Positions 1-10,448 of a stretch of DNA of 49,028 bases are shown here, one piece after another. The translations under genes and the position numbers were made by a program. Source of the DNA: Clostridia bacterium. Lineage in GTDB: Bacteria > Bacillota > Clostridia > Oscillospirales > Acutalibacteraceae. The notes beneath the pieces were generated by a model. The model was not told where the DNA came from, did no database searches, and was given only the letters and a program-made list of their open reading frames with translations. The stretch is from the NCBI GenBank assembly GCA_017396175.1, contig JAFQMR010000032.1, forward strand, positions 1 through 49,028, given 5' to 3'. Each line of letters begins with the position of its first letter. The first letter of the stretch is position 1.

Positions 1-73
1 CAACCGTTTCGGGGCGGGTTTTAAAAAAAATTTACGATTTTGCGCGATTTTCTGTCGATTTCGAGGTTTTTTA

Positions 74-102
74 TTGCCTTTTGGCGCGAAAGTGCGTATA
101 AT
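74..102 (+). promoter_or_regulatory. possible sigma-A promoter upstream of murD
   Basis: TTGCCT (74-79), 17-nt spacer, TATAAT (97-102). Caveat: this leaves a very short leader before the GGGAGAAAGG RBS and the ATG at 117. Confidence 0.3.
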
Positions 103-116
103 GATCGGGAGAAAGG

Positions 117-1502
117 ATGAATGCTAGGATAAGTCGGGCAACGGAATTTTTTAACGGACTTCGCGGTAAACGGGTGGCGGTGTGCGGCATCGGGCGCAAC
201 AACACCCCCGTCGTGAAGCAGTTTTTACAATACGGAGCGATCGTGACGGCGTGCGACCGCCGCACACGGGATCAGCTCGGGGAGCAGGAGGCGCAGACGC
301 TGGAGGCACTCGGCGCGACGCTGTGCCTCGGGGAGGAGTATCTCGATCATCTGGAATCGATGGATATGATCCTGCGCACTCCCGGTATGAAGCCGTATCT
401 GAAGCCGTTTGAGGAGGCGCGTGCGCGCGGGATCGAGGTCACGTCGGAGATGGAGCTGTTCTTTGCGCTCTGTCCCGCGCCGATCTACGCCGTGACGGGC
501 TCGGACGGTAAGACGACCACCACGTCGATCATTGCGGGACTTTTGCGTGCGGCGGGGAAGACGGTGCATCTCGGCGGCAACATCGGCCGTCCGCTCCTGC
601 CCGATATCGAAACGGTGCGTCCGACCGATGTCGCGGTGGTGGAGATCAGCAGCTTTCAGCTGACGCGGATGACGCAAAGCCCGCACGTGGCGGTGGTGAC
701 GAATGTCGCCCCGAACCACCTCGACTGGCACACCGATATGCAGGAATATATTGAGGCAAAGCGCAACCTTGTCGCGTTCCAGACGGCGGCGGACCGCGCC
801 GTTCTCAACGCCGACAACGAGATCACGGCGGGCTTTATTTCCCACGTTCGCGGGGAATGCCTGCACTTCTCGCGCCGTGCGCCGCAGGAGGGCGCGTGGC
901 TGTCGGAGGACGGGATGCTCTGTGTCACGAAGGACGGCAAGACGACGCCCGTGGTCGCGGCCAAGGATATCCGTCTGCCCGGTGTCCACAACGTGGAGAA
1001 TTTCCTCGCCGCGTTCGCGGCGCTGTGGGGCGAGGTGTCGCCCGAGGTGATGGCGGCGTTCGCGAAGGAATTCGGTGGTGTGGCGCATCGCTGTGAGCTG
1101 GTTCGTGAGCGTGACGGCGTGCGCTGGTACAACGATTCCATCGGCACGAGTCCGTCGCGCACCATCGCGGGACTGAAAGCGTTTGACCGTAAGGTCATTC
1201 TGATCGCGGGCGGTTACGACAAGCACATTCCCTACGATCCGCTCGGCCCTGTGGCGCACGAGACGGTGAAGATGGCGATCCTGCTCGGGGCGACCGCCCC
1301 TGCGATCGAAGCGGCGATCCGCGCACACGGCGAGCTGCCCATTGCGCGTGTCGCGACGATGGAGGAAGCGGTCGAGACGGCGGCACGTCTGTCGCAAAGC
1401 GGGGATATCGTTTTTATGTCTCCCGCTTCGGCGAGCTTTGATTTGTATAAAAACTTCGAGGAGCGCGGCGAGCACTTCCGCCGTCTTGTAGAAGCGCTGT
1501 AA
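117..1502 (+). CDS. murD: UDP-N-acetylmuramoyl-L-alanine--D-glutamate ligase
   Basis: 461-aa ORF with an N-terminal Rossmann-like 'VAVCGIGRNN', the Mur-ligase P-loop 'GSDGKTTTTS', and MurD-like length and C-terminus. An RBS precedes the ATG. Confidence 0.9.
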   Translation: MNARISRATEFFNGLRGKRVAVCGIGRNNTPVVKQFLQYGAIVTACDRRTRDQLGEQEAQTLEALGATLCLGEEYLDHLESMDMILRTPGMKPYLKPFEEARARGIEVTSEMELFFALCPAPIYAVTGSDGKTTTTSIIAGLLRAAGKTVHLGGNIGRPLLPDIETVRPTDVAVVEISSFQLTRMTQSPHVAVVTNVAPNHLDWHTDMQEYIEAKRNLVAFQTAADRAVLNADNEITAGFISHVRGECLHFSRRAPQEGAWLSEDGMLCVTKDGKTTPVVAAKDIRLPGVHNVENFLAAFAALWGEVSPEVMAAFAKEFGGVAHRCELVRERDGVRWYNDSIGTSPSRTIAGLKAFDRKVILIAGGYDKHIPYDPLGPVAHETVKMAILLGATAPAIEAAIRAHGELPIARVATMEEAVETAARLSQSGDIVFMSPASASFDLYKNFEERGEHFRRLVEAL

Positions 1503-1520
1503 GGGCGCAAAACGGTAATA

Positions 1521-1557
1521 AAAACGGACTGTTTCGTTGAACAGTCCGTTTTTGTTT
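1521..1557. terminator. bidirectional intrinsic terminator between murD and the convergent symporter gene
   Basis: Perfect 13-bp stem AAAACGGACTGTT (1521-1533) / AACAGTCCGTTTT (1540-1552) with a 6-nt loop. It has an A-run on one side and a T-run on the other. Confidence 0.75.
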
Positions 1558-1561
1558 GTCG

Positions 1562-2992
1562 TTATTGCCAATAATCCACCTTGTCGGGCAGGTCGATATC
1601 CTTTGCCTTGAAGACGGGATCGCGGCCCTCTTTGCGCTGGGCCTCGAAGTTGCGCAGGGCGCGGAAAACGTATTTGCTGAGGATCAGGATGACGGGGATG
1701 TTGATGATGGTCATCGCGCCCATTGTGATGTCGGCAATGTTCCACAGCAGATCGGCGCTCAGTCCCGCGCCTACAAAGATCACCGCCGAGGCCAGGATGT
1801 AATACACGGTGTGGAAGGTGCGTCCCGGCTTACGGCGGAAGATGTGGAAGATGCACCGGTCCACGTAATAGAGGTTGCCGAGCAGGGTCGTGAACGCAAA
1901 CAGCACCATCGCAACCGTGATGAAGATGGGACCGAAGTCACCGAGCGTTGCCTGCAATGACGCCTGTACGTAGGGCGCACCCTTTACGGCGTCGGTCGCT
2001 TCGACGCCCGAGCACATGCACATAAAGGCGGTTGCCGAGCACACGAGGATGGTGTCGATGAACACCGACAGCACCTGCACAAGGCCTTGCTTGATCGGAT
2101 GGGAAACCTCCGCTGAGGCGGAGGCGTTCGGTGCCGAGCCGACACCCGCTTCGTTGCTGAACAGTCCGCGCTTGATACCGAGCATCAGGCAGGAGCCCGC
2201 AAAGCCGCCGAAGATCGCCTGAAAATCAAACGCTTCGCGGAAGATGCGCTCAAAGATGCCGGGCAATGCAGGCAGATTCATAAGGACGATGACGACCGCC
2301 ACCAGAATATAGGCAATGCCCATCACGGGTACCAGCACGGAGGTGGTCTTGATCAGACGCTTGCCGCCGCCGAACAGGCAGAAGCCGACAAGCACCGCGA
2401 CGATCAGACCGATGATCCACGGTGTGGTATTCGCGTCATAGAAGGCGTATGTTTCAAACGAGGATTGCAGATTGAAGGACGCCAGCATATTGAAGCCGAA
2501 GCCGTAGGTGACGATCAGCAGTACGGAGAAGAGGATCGCCAGCGGGCGGTTTTTCAAGGCGCCCTCGATGTAATAAGCGGGGCCGCCGTAGCTTTTGCCG
2601 TCGGGGCCGCGCTTTTTGTAGATCTGTGCCAACGTGCTTTCAACGAGGGCGGAGGCACCGCCGATGATCGCGATCAGCCACATCCAGAACACCGAGCCGA
2701 AGCCGCCTACGCAGATGGCGGTCGACACACCGATGATGTTGCCCGTTCCGACGCGGGACGCCGTCGAGACGATGAGCGCCTGGAACGAGGATACGGCTTT
2801 TTTATCCTTCGGCTTTTCGGTGACGGCACGGAGCTGGGAGCCGAAGTGGCGAAACTGCGCAAAACGAGTGCGGACGGTGAAATACAGTCCGCCGCCGATC
2901 AGCAGTACGATCAGGATATAGCTGTACAGCACATCCACCGCCACACCTGTCCAAGCGGTGAGCGTCTGCACGATCTGATTGAAAACGTCCAT
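1562..2992 (-). CDS. alanine/glycine:cation symporter (AGCS family, sodium:alanine symporter)
   Basis: 476-aa polytopic membrane ORF. The N-terminus 'MDVFNQIVQTLTAW' and overall pattern are typical of AGCS transporters. Confidence 0.8.
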   Translation of the reverse strand: MDVFNQIVQTLTAWTGVAVDVLYSYILIVLLIGGGLYFTVRTRFAQFRHFGSQLRAVTEKPKDKKAVSSFQALIVSTASRVGTGNIIGVSTAICVGGFGSVFWMWLIAIIGGASALVESTLAQIYKKRGPDGKSYGGPAYYIEGALKNRPLAILFSVLLIVTYGFGFNMLASFNLQSSFETYAFYDANTTPWIIGLIVAVLVGFCLFGGGKRLIKTTSVLVPVMGIAYILVAVVIVLMNLPALPGIFERIFREAFDFQAIFGGFAGSCLMLGIKRGLFSNEAGVGSAPNASASAEVSHPIKQGLVQVLSVFIDTILVCSATAFMCMCSGVEATDAVKGAPYVQASLQATLGDFGPIFITVAMVLFAFTTLLGNLYYVDRCIFHIFRRKPGRTFHTVYYILASAVIFVGAGLSADLLWNIADITMGAMTIINIPVILILSKYVFRALRNFEAQRKEGRDPVFKAKDIDLPDKVDYWQ

Positions 2993-3060
2993 AGGGGTGT
3001 CTCCTTTGTCTGTTGTTTGTCAACAGTATACCGTTTTCGACACCCGTTTGTCAAATACTG

Positions 3061-3534
3061 TCAGCGGTTAAGCAGATAAAACGCCAGGTTGAGGTAGGTC
3101 GCAAAGCCGCACCACGCGAGATAAGGGTATAAGAGGCGGGAGGCGGTGGCGTCGATCGGCTGAAAGCGGCGGATCGTGCAGGTAATCAGCACTACCAAAA
3201 GCAACAGCCAGAAGAACGCAAACAACCGCCATTCGAGACGGAAGAAGGCGATGGGCCACAGCAGATTGACAAAGAGCTGCAGCCAATACAGCTTGACAGC
3301 CTCCCGTGTGCCGTGCTCACCGCTTCCCGCAATGCGGTACGCCGCATACCCCATCAGCGTATAGAGGATCGTCCATACTACGGGAAACACCCACGGCGGC
3401 GGGGTGAGCGGCGGCTTGATCAGGTTGCTGTAATCGGGGTTTGCGAGAAGGGATGACAGCACCGCCCCCAGCAGTGTACCGCCGACATAGAGCAGCAGGC
3501 GTTTGAGATGAACGGTTTTGAGAAAAAAGGACAT
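3061..3534 (-). CDS. tspO: TspO/MBR tryptophan-rich sensory protein
   Basis: 157 aa with five hydrophobic segments. It is Trp-rich, with 'PPWVFPVVWTILYTLMGYAAYRI' and 'LWPIAFF', typical of TspO. Confidence 0.8.
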   Translation of the reverse strand: MSFFLKTVHLKRLLLYVGGTLLGAVLSSLLANPDYSNLIKPPLTPPPWVFPVVWTILYTLMGYAAYRIAGSGEHGTREAVKLYWLQLFVNLLWPIAFFRLEWRLFAFFWLLLLVVLITCTIRRFQPIDATASRLLYPYLAWCGFATYLNLAFYLLNR

Positions 3535-3593
3535 AACAGCACCCCGCCTTTATTTATTAGGATCGCTACTACGGTATGCAGTTATCGATGTCG

Positions 3594-4343
3594 TTATTCA
3601 TAATCCGCAATATTTGCCCACGACAGCAGGAAATCGCGTTCCTCGGGGAGCCCCTTGACGGACTGTGAGGCGGCAACGATGGGCATCCACGCCTCGACGT
3701 ATTGTCTGGCGGTGTTGCTTTGACGGCAGAACCGCTTGAGGTAACCGTCCGCCGTTTCGTGTTCGCCGCTGAGGCAAAAACGGAGATACGTGCGGGCGGC
3801 ATCGGCGGAGGCGTTGCCTTGTGTGGCGTGCGACCAGTCGAGAATATAGGCCTGCCCCTGCGGGGTGATCATCACGTTGGAGGGGTGGAAGTCGCCGTGG
3901 CATACCTTGTTGTGCTTCGGCATGGCGTTTAAGCGGGCGTGCAGCTCATAGCGGCAGGTCGCATCCAGCTCGCTTTCGTCGATTTTACGGCTCATTTTAT
4001 CCTTCAGCTTCTGCAGAAGCGGGCAGGTCTTGCGGTGCATCGACAGCTGGATATCCACAAACTGTGCAAGGTATTCGTCCCGTCGGACGGGCTGTGCCTC
4101 CATCAGCGATTGCAGGGTGTACCCCTCGATAAAATCCGTGATGATCGCCCAACGTCCGTCGAGCTTGGTCACCTCGTGCACGTGCGGTACGGGAAGCCCC
4201 GTTTCTTCGATGCGTGCCAGGTTGAGCGCTTCGCTCAGGATATCCGCCTTGGAATAGCAGGTATCGAACAGCTTAACGGCGCGGTCACCGTCACGGTAGA
4301 CGGTTTTGTGCTTGCGGACGGCTAAAATCTGCTCGGTTTTCAT
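3594..4343 (-). CDS. phosphotransferase-family kinase (APH / choline-kinase fold)
   Basis: 249 aa with the catalytic loop 'HGDFHPSNVMI' and the metal-binding 'ILDWSHA'. Its ATG overlaps the adhE stop (ATGA). Confidence 0.7.
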   Translation of the reverse strand: MKTEQILAVRKHKTVYRDGDRAVKLFDTCYSKADILSEALNLARIEETGLPVPHVHEVTKLDGRWAIITDFIEGYTLQSLMEAQPVRRDEYLAQFVDIQLSMHRKTCPLLQKLKDKMSRKIDESELDATCRYELHARLNAMPKHNKVCHGDFHPSNVMITPQGQAYILDWSHATQGNASADAARTYLRFCLSGEHETADGYLKRFCRQSNTARQYVEAWMPIVAASQSVKGLPEERDFLLSWANIADYE

Positions 4344-6964
4344 TCGCTCGCCTCCTGTCGGTCATACATACGGCGGTACATTGCCTTGATCTCGTCGATC
4401 AGCGGGTAGCGCGGGTTGGCACCCGTACACTGGTCGTCAAAGGCCTCCCGCGCCATCTCGTCAAGGGAGGATTCGAACGCCTCCTCTGTGATGCCGTAGG
4501 CTTTCAGCGAGGGCTTGATACCGACCTTGTGCTTGAGCTTGCCGATCACCTCGATCAGCCGCTCGAGCCGCTCCTCGTCGCTGTCGCCGTGCAGGCCGAT
4601 CGCTTTGGCGATCTGTCCGTAGCGGGCGAGGGTATGCGGACATTCATACTGCGGGAAGGTGCCCATCCGCGTCGGTGCCGAGGAGGCGTTGAAGCGCATG
4701 ACCTCTTCGATCAGCAGGGCGTTTGCCACACCGTGGGGCAGGTGGTGATACGCGCCGAGCTTGTGCGCCATCGAATGGCATACGCCGAGGAACGCGTTGG
4801 CAAACGCCATCCCTGCCATCGTGGAGGCGTTCGCGAGCTTTTCGCGCGCCTGCGGATCGTTTGGACCGTCGTGATAACAGCGCGGAAGATAGGTGATAAT
4901 GCGTTCGATCGCCCCGAGAGCCAGCGCGTCGGTGAAATCGGTGCTCATCATCGAGCCGTATGCTTCGATGGCGTGAGTCAGCGCATCAATGCCCGAGGCG
5001 GCGGTGAGGGAAGGCGGCTGATTCATCATCAGATCGATGTCGATGATCGCCATATGCGGCATCAGCGCATAGTCCGCCAGCGGGTATTTTATACCGCTTT
5101 CCTCATCGGTGATCACGGCAAACGGCGTGACCTCCGAGCCTGTGCCCGAGGAGGTCGGCACGGCGACAAACCGTGCCTTTTGTCCCATGTCGGGGAAGCG
5201 GTAGACACGCTTGCGAATATCCATAAAGCGCATGGCCATATCGTGGAAATTCGTGTCGGGATGCTCGTACATCACCCACATCACCTTGGCGGCATCCATC
5301 GCCGAGCCGCCGCCCACCGCGAGGATGACATCGGGCTCGAACTGCCGCATGGCATCCGCACCGCGCTCGGCATGAGCCAGCGTCGGATCGGGATCGACGT
5401 CGGCGTACACCGTAAAGCGCAGGGACAGCTCGTGCAGACGGTCAAGCAGGGGTGTCAGCATCCCGCTCTGATACAGAAAGCGATCGGTGACCACAAAGAC
5501 GCTTTGCGCTTGCATTGCATCACGGAGCTCTGCCAGCGCGTGACGCAGACAGCCTTGCTTCATATAGATTTTCGGCGGGGTGCGGAACCACAGCATATTG
5601 TTTCTCCTCACGGCGACGGTTTTGATGTTCAGCAGATGCATCACGCCGACGTTATCCGACACGGAATTGCCGCCCCACGAGCCGCATCCGAGCGTCAGCG
5701 AGGGCGCAAGGCGGAAGTTGTACAGGTCGCCGACACCGCCCTGCGCGGCGGGGGTGTTGATCAGAATGCGACAGGTCTTCATCCGTTCTTCAAAGCGGGC
5801 GAGGCGGTCGGGAGCGCGATGCGGATCGATATAGAGTGCCGCCGTGTGCCCGTAGCCGCCGTCCTCGACGAGCCGTTCCGCCTTGTTGAGCGCATCGCCG
5901 AAATCGGAGGCGCGGTATAAGGCGAGCACGGGGGAAAGCTTTTCGTGCGCGAACGCCTCCTGCGGCAGAACGCTTTCCACCTCGCCGATCAGTACCTTTG
6001 TTTCCGACGGCACCGAGAAGCCCGCAAGCTGTGCAATATGCGGGGCGGTCTGACCGACCACCGCCGCGTTTAAGGAGCCGTTGATGATCATCAGTCGGCG
6101 GATCTGTTCGGTTTCCTCGGCGTTCAGAAGATACCCTCCGCGTGCCGCGAATTCCTCACGCACCTTGTCGTAGATGCCGTCCGCGGCGATCACCGCCTGC
6201 TCCGAGGCGCAGATCATCCCGTTGTCGAACACCTTGGAATGCAGTACCGAGCTGACGGCCGCTTCCACGTCGGCAGTCTCGTCGAATACGGCGGGGGTGT
6301 TGCCTGCGCCGACGCCGACGGCGGGCTTGCCGCTGGCATACGCCGCCTTGACCATCCCGGGACCGCCCGTGGCGAGAATAAGATCTGCCTCCCGCATTGC
6401 GGCATCGGTCAGTTGAAGGGACGGCTCGTCGATCCAGTCAAACAGCCCCTCGGGTGCTCCCGCTTCGACGGCGGCTTTCAAAACAAGGCGTGCCGCCTCA
6501 GCCGTACAGCGCTTGGCGCGCGGGTGCGGACAGAGTAGCATCGCGTTGCGCGTTTTGATCGCCAGAAGCAGTTTGAAGATCGCGGTGGAGGTGGGGTTCG
6601 TGGTCGGAATGACGGCGGTGATCACACCGATCGGGGCGGCGATCCTCCGAAAACCCGAAGCGGCATCCTCCTCGATCACCCCGCAGGTCTTAGTGTCCTT
6701 GTAGGCGTTGTATATATATTCGGAGGCAAAATGGTTTTTGATGACCTTGTCCTCGACGACACCCATGCCGGTTTCCTCTACGGCCGCTTCGGCGAGCGGA
6801 ATACGGGCGCGGTTGGCGGCGAGAGCGGCGGCGCGGAAAACAGCATCTACCTGCTCCTGCGTATAGGACGCGTAGCGCCGTGCCGCCTCCCGCAAGCGGG
6901 AAAAGGCCGCCTCCAGTTCTTCTTTTGAATCGATAACACGGCGCGAATACGTCGGCTCCGTCAC
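4340..6964 (-). CDS. adhE: bifunctional acetaldehyde-CoA / alcohol dehydrogenase
   Basis: 874 aa, with an N-terminal aldehyde dehydrogenase half fused to a C-terminal iron-type ADH half ('[10 protein letters not shown]', His-rich metal site '[16 protein letters not shown]'). Confidence 0.9.
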   Translation of the reverse strand: MTEPTYSRRVIDSKEELEAAFSRLREAARRYASYTQEQVDAVFRAAALAANRARIPLAEAAVEETGMGVVEDKVIKNHFASEYIYNAYKDTKTCGVIEEDAASGFRRIAAPIGVITAVIPTTNPTSTAIFKLLLAIKTRNAMLLCPHPRAKRCTAEAARLVLKAAVEAGAPEGLFDWIDEPSLQLTDAAMREADLILATGGPGMVKAAYASGKPAVGVGAGNTPAVFDETADVEAAVSSVLHSKVFDNGMICASEQAVIAADGIYDKVREEFAARGGYLLNAEETEQIRRLMIINGSLNAAVVGQTAPHIAQLAGFSVPSETKVLIGEVESVLPQEAFAHEKLSPVLALYRASDFGDALNKAERLVEDGGYGHTAALYIDPHRAPDRLARFEERMKTCRILINTPAAQGGVGDLYNFRLAPSLTLGCGSWGGNSVSDNVGVMHLLNIKTVAVRRNNMLWFRTPPKIYMKQGCLRHALAELRDAMQAQSVFVVTDRFLYQSGMLTPLLDRLHELSLRFTVYADVDPDPTLAHAERGADAMRQFEPDVILAVGGGSAMDAAKVMWVMYEHPDTNFHDMAMRFMDIRKRVYRFPDMGQKARFVAVPTSSGTGSEVTPFAVITDEESGIKYPLADYALMPHMAIIDIDLMMNQPPSLTAASGIDALTHAIEAYGSMMSTDFTDALALGAIERIITYLPRCYHDGPNDPQAREKLANASTMAGMAFANAFLGVCHSMAHKLGAYHHLPHGVANALLIEEVMRFNASSAPTRMGTFPQYECPHTLARYGQIAKAIGLHGDSDEERLERLIEVIGKLKHKVGIKPSLKAYGITEEAFESSLDEMAREAFDDQCTGANPRYPLIDEIKAMYRRMYDRQEASE

Positions 6965-7058
6965 GGTGATCCTCTCCTTTATCCGATACTGTTCAAAGCA
7001 TACCCGCGCGAGGGGGAAAGTATTCGTGCCGAAAGGAAAACTTTATCACGGTGAACGG

Positions 7059-7087
7059 TTGATTTTTGCAAAGAACGCTGATATACT
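7059..7087 (+). promoter_or_regulatory. candidate sigma-A promoter for the AI-2E transporter gene
   Basis: TTGATT (7059-7064), 17-nt spacer, TATACT (7082-7087). A GGAGG RBS follows, then the TTG start at 7123. Confidence 0.4.
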
Positions 7088-7122
7088 GAATATACAGTTT
7101 CGGGTTTGCGGGAGGTGTTCCC

Positions 7123-8442
7123 TTGAAGTTTAAATGGAAAGACAATAATTATGTTCGACTGGGATTGGCGCTGTTCGGTGCGTTGGCGGGCTTTTGGCTG
7201 TTTTACACGGTGATGTCGGATTTTTCGGCGGTATTCAGCATTGTGCAGACGGCGATCGGCCTGCTGATGCCGTTTGTGGTCGGCTTTGTGCTGGCGTATC
7301 TGCTGGCGCCGATCTACGATCACGTGGAGCGTCCGCTGTTCCGCCTGTTTGCGGGAAAAGAGAAGGAGCCCCGCCGCTTTGCAAAGGCGGCGTCGAAAAC
7401 CATCGCGACGATCGCATCGGTGCTGTTGCTGATCGCGGTGTTTGCGGGCTTGCTGAGTCTTGTGATCCCCGAAGCAATCAGCAGTATCGGTGAGCTGGTG
7501 TCGGCGGTGCCCGACCGTGCAAAGGATCTGATGGTATGGGTGCAGGAATTCAGCGCGAAGCACGGAGAGAGCCCCGTGATGCAGTATGTGTCGGACAGCG
7601 TCGGAGATATTGCGCAGTCGCTCACGGCCTGGGCACATTCCGATCTGCTTCCGCAGCTCGGCAATCTCGCGTTGCAGTTCTCAAACGGCTTGTTCGGCTT
7701 TCTCGGCACGATGAGCAATGTGTTTATCGGTCTGATCATCTGTATCTATGCGCTTAACAGCAAGGAGCTGTTTGCCGCACAGGCAAAAAAGGTGGTTTAC
7801 TCCTTCTTTAAAACGTCCACCGCCAATTACATTGTGCATATGACGCGTTACATCGACCAGACCTTCGGCCGCTATATCAACGGAATGCTGCTGGATGCAC
7901 TGGTGCTCGGCACGATGGTGTTTGTTGGTATGTCGATCCTCGGCCTGCCGTATGCACCGCTTGTGGCGGTGATTGTCGGCGTGTGCAACCTGATCCCGAT
8001 GTTCGGCCCGTTTATCGGAGCGGCGTTCGGTTGCTTCTTTGTATTGATGAAGGATCCTTTGCAGGCGCTGTTCTTCGTGATCTTCTTCACTGTGATCCAA
8101 CAGCTGGATGCGAACTTTATTGCACCGCGTATCCTCGGCGGTAAGACGGGGCTGAGCAGCTTCTGGGTGATTTTTGCCATCGTCCTCGGCGGCGGCCTGT
8201 TCGGCGTGATCGGTATGATTCTGGCGGTGCCGACGTTTGCGGTGGTGTACAGCCTGTTCCGCCAGTATGTCAGCCGTCGCCTGCAGAAAAAGAAGGTACC
8301 CGACAGCACCGAGGCGTACCAGGGACTGTGGGATGTGGATGAGGTGACAGGGGAACCGAAGTATACGGCCCCCTCCGATGAGATCACCGTTCCGCAGTAT
8401 CACAGCCAAAGCGAGGCATCCGAAGAGGAGCCTGCAAAATAA
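7123..8442 (+). CDS. AI-2E family (PerM/YhhT-like) transporter
   Basis: 439 aa with multiple TM helices and a hydrophilic acidic C-terminal tail, an architecture typical of the AI-2E family. It uses a TTG start with a GGAGGTG RBS. Confidence 0.75.
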   Translation: MKFKWKDNNYVRLGLALFGALAGFWLFYTVMSDFSAVFSIVQTAIGLLMPFVVGFVLAYLLAPIYDHVERPLFRLFAGKEKEPRRFAKAASKTIATIASVLLLIAVFAGLLSLVIPEAISSIGELVSAVPDRAKDLMVWVQEFSAKHGESPVMQYVSDSVGDIAQSLTAWAHSDLLPQLGNLALQFSNGLFGFLGTMSNVFIGLIICIYALNSKELFAAQAKKVVYSFFKTSTANYIVHMTRYIDQTFGRYINGMLLDALVLGTMVFVGMSILGLPYAPLVAVIVGVCNLIPMFGPFIGAAFGCFFVLMKDPLQALFFVIFFTVIQQLDANFIAPRILGGKTGLSSFWVIFAIVLGGGLFGVIGMILAVPTFAVVYSLFRQYVSRRLQKKKVPDSTEAYQGLWDVDEVTGEPKYTAPSDEITVPQYHSQSEASEEEPAK

Positions 8443-8451
8443 CAGACAGTC

Positions 8452-8485
8452 ACATCCGCCTTTTTCGGAGGGCGGATGTTTTTTG
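8452..8485 (+). terminator. intrinsic terminator after the AI-2E transporter gene
   Basis: Stem CATCCGCC (8453-8460) / GGCGGATG (8471-8478) followed by TTTTTT. Confidence 0.75.
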
Positions 8486-8514
8486 TTCGATTGTCGAAAA
8501 AATAAAAAACAGGC

Positions 8515-8543
8515 TTGATACCGATAAAGAATGATGATATAAT
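8515..8543 (+). promoter_or_regulatory. candidate sigma-A promoter for mutY
   Basis: TTGATA (8515-8520), 17-nt spacer, consensus TATAAT (8538-8543). A GAAGGAGAG RBS follows, then the GTG at 8588. Confidence 0.55.
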
Positions 8544-8587
8544 AAAAATAACTATATATAACTTTAAGTGAGAAGGAGAGCGGCACT

Positions 8588-9676
8588 GTGAGCGAAAGGC
8601 AACCTCAAAAGGAGCTGAACGGCTGTGCGGCGTCTCTTTGCGCTTGGTTTGAGGAAGGGCAACGGCATCTCCCGTGGCGGATCGAGCCGACACCGTATCG
8701 TGTGTGGGTGTCGGAAATTATGCTGCAGCAAACGCGGATCGAAGCGGTGCTCGGGTATTTTGAACGGTTTATGCGGGAACTGCCGACGGTGCAGGCGCTG
8801 GCCGAAGTCGATCCCGACCGTCTGATGAAGCTGTGGGAGGGCCTCGGCTACTACAGCCGCGCCCGCAACCTGCAGAAGGCGGCCCGACAGATTGTTTCGG
8901 AATACGGCGGGGAGCTTCCCGCCGATTATGACGCGCTGAAGGGCCTTGCGGGCATCGGCGAGTATACGGCGGGGGCGATCGCGTCCATTGCGTTCGGGAT
9001 CCCCGTTCCGGCGGTGGACGGCAACGTACTGCGGGTGCTGGCGCGTCTGACGGGCTGTGAGCGTGATGTGATGAACGGGGCTGTCCGTCGTGAGCTGACG
9101 GCGCTTGCCGCGTCTCTTGTGCCGACCGACCGTCCGGGTACGTTCAATCAGGCGTTGATGGAGCTCGGCGAGCGGGTGTGCTTACCGAATACAATGCCTC
9201 GCTGTGAGCATTGTCCCGTTGCGTACGCTTGCGCGGTGGCGGGGAGCGAGCGGGCGGCAGCTCTGCCTGTCCGTGCGCCGAAAAAGCCGCGGCGGATCGA
9301 GGAACGCACGGTCTATGTCCTGTTGACAAAGGGAACGCCCGGTGCGGTGTTGCTTCACAAGCGGGAGGACAACGGGCTTCTTGCGGGGCTGTGGGAATTG
9401 CCCAACACGCTCAGAACGTCGACATATACGCTTCCCGTTGCGGGTATGCGGCGCGTCAGCGACTGGTTGCCGCTTCCCGAAAGCCGCCATATTTTTTCGC
9501 ATATCGAATGGCATATGAACGGGGTTCTTGCATTGGTGGAGCCGTGCGAGTTGCCCGAGGGGTATGCGTTTTGCGATGAAGCGGCGCTTATGCGGGATCG
9601 GGCCTTGCCTACCGCGTTTCGCGCGTATGCCCATATGCTTCCGACCTGGCTGAACCAATCTCCGACGAAAGGATGA
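8588..9676 (+). CDS. mutY: A/G-specific adenine DNA glycosylase
   Basis: 362 aa with the HhH-GPD motif 'LKGLAGIGEYTAGAIASIAFG', the Fe-S cluster loop 'CLPNTMPRCEHCPVAYAC', and a C-terminal NUDIX-like domain. Confidence 0.85.
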   Translation: MSERQPQKELNGCAASLCAWFEEGQRHLPWRIEPTPYRVWVSEIMLQQTRIEAVLGYFERFMRELPTVQALAEVDPDRLMKLWEGLGYYSRARNLQKAARQIVSEYGGELPADYDALKGLAGIGEYTAGAIASIAFGIPVPAVDGNVLRVLARLTGCERDVMNGAVRRELTALAASLVPTDRPGTFNQALMELGERVCLPNTMPRCEHCPVAYACAVAGSERAAALPVRAPKKPRRIEERTVYVLLTKGTPGAVLLHKREDNGLLAGLWELPNTLRTSTYTLPVAGMRRVSDWLPLPESRHIFSHIEWHMNGVLALVEPCELPEGYAFCDEAALMRDRALPTAFRAYAHMLPTWLNQSPTKG

Positions 9677-9685
9677 CCGAGTGTT

Positions 9686-10420
9686 ATGGCTTCTGTGGCG
9701 TTGATTACGGGTGCGTCCCGCGGCATCGGTCGTGCGGTTGCCTTACGGCTGGCGCGCGACGGTTATACGGTCGTGCTGAATTATCGCCGCAATGAGCGGG
9801 CGGCTCAGGATACGGCACAGATCCTGCAGGCTCTCGGTGCGGATGGGATGCTGTGTTGTGCCGATGTTACCGACGAGTCGGCGGTGCGTCGGATGGTGAA
9901 GACGATTGAGGAGCAGTACGGTCATATCGACCTGCTGGTCAACAATGCGGGCGTGGCGGAGCAGGCGCTGTTTACCGATCTGACGGCGTCGCAATGGCGC
10001 GCGATGATGGATGTTCATGTCAACGCCGCGTTTTACACCTGCTCGGCGGTACTGCCGCTGATGATCCGCCGCAAAAGCGGCTGTATCGTCAATATTGCCT
10101 CCATGTGGGGACAGGTTGGTGCCTCGTGTGAGGTGCATTATTCAACGGCGAAGGCGGCGTTGATCGGGCTGACGAAAGCGCTTGCCAAGGAGGTCGGCCC
10201 GAGCGGCATTCGCGTCAACTGTGTATCCCCGGGTGCGGTGGATACCGATATGATGGCGGGCTTTTCGGATGCGGATCGCGAAGCGATCGCGGGGGAAACC
10301 CCTCTCGGCCGTCTCGGAAAGCCCGAAGAGATCGCTTCGGCAGTGTCGTTTTTGGCATCTTCGGATGCGTCGTTTATAACCGGTCAGGTGATCGCCCCGA
10401 ACGGTGGGCTGGTGATCTGA
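9686..10420 (+). CDS. short-chain dehydrogenase/reductase (3-oxoacyl-ACP reductase-like)
   Basis: 244 aa with 'ITGASRGIG' (cofactor binding), 'NNAG', and the catalytic 'YSTAKAA'. Confidence 0.85.
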   Translation: MASVALITGASRGIGRAVALRLARDGYTVVLNYRRNERAAQDTAQILQALGADGMLCCADVTDESAVRRMVKTIEEQYGHIDLLVNNAGVAEQALFTDLTASQWRAMMDVHVNAAFYTCSAVLPLMIRRKSGCIVNIASMWGQVGASCEVHYSTAKAALIGLTKALAKEVGPSGIRVNCVSPGAVDTDMMAGFSDADREAIAGETPLGRLGKPEEIASAVSFLASSDASFITGQVIAPNGGLVI

Positions 10421-10448
10421 GTGTGAGATCGAAAAGGAGGCGTGACGT

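Noticed and set aside
225-1745. Very long ORFs antisense to or overlapping the called genes in the GC-rich block, for example 225..1745(-), 4529..5920(+), 12515..14815(-), 14827..16140(-) and 27580..28899(-).
   Set aside because: They are Arg/Pro/His/Gly-rich, low-complexity translations typical of shadow frames in high-GC DNA. Each lies opposite a gene with clear family motifs and has no RBS.
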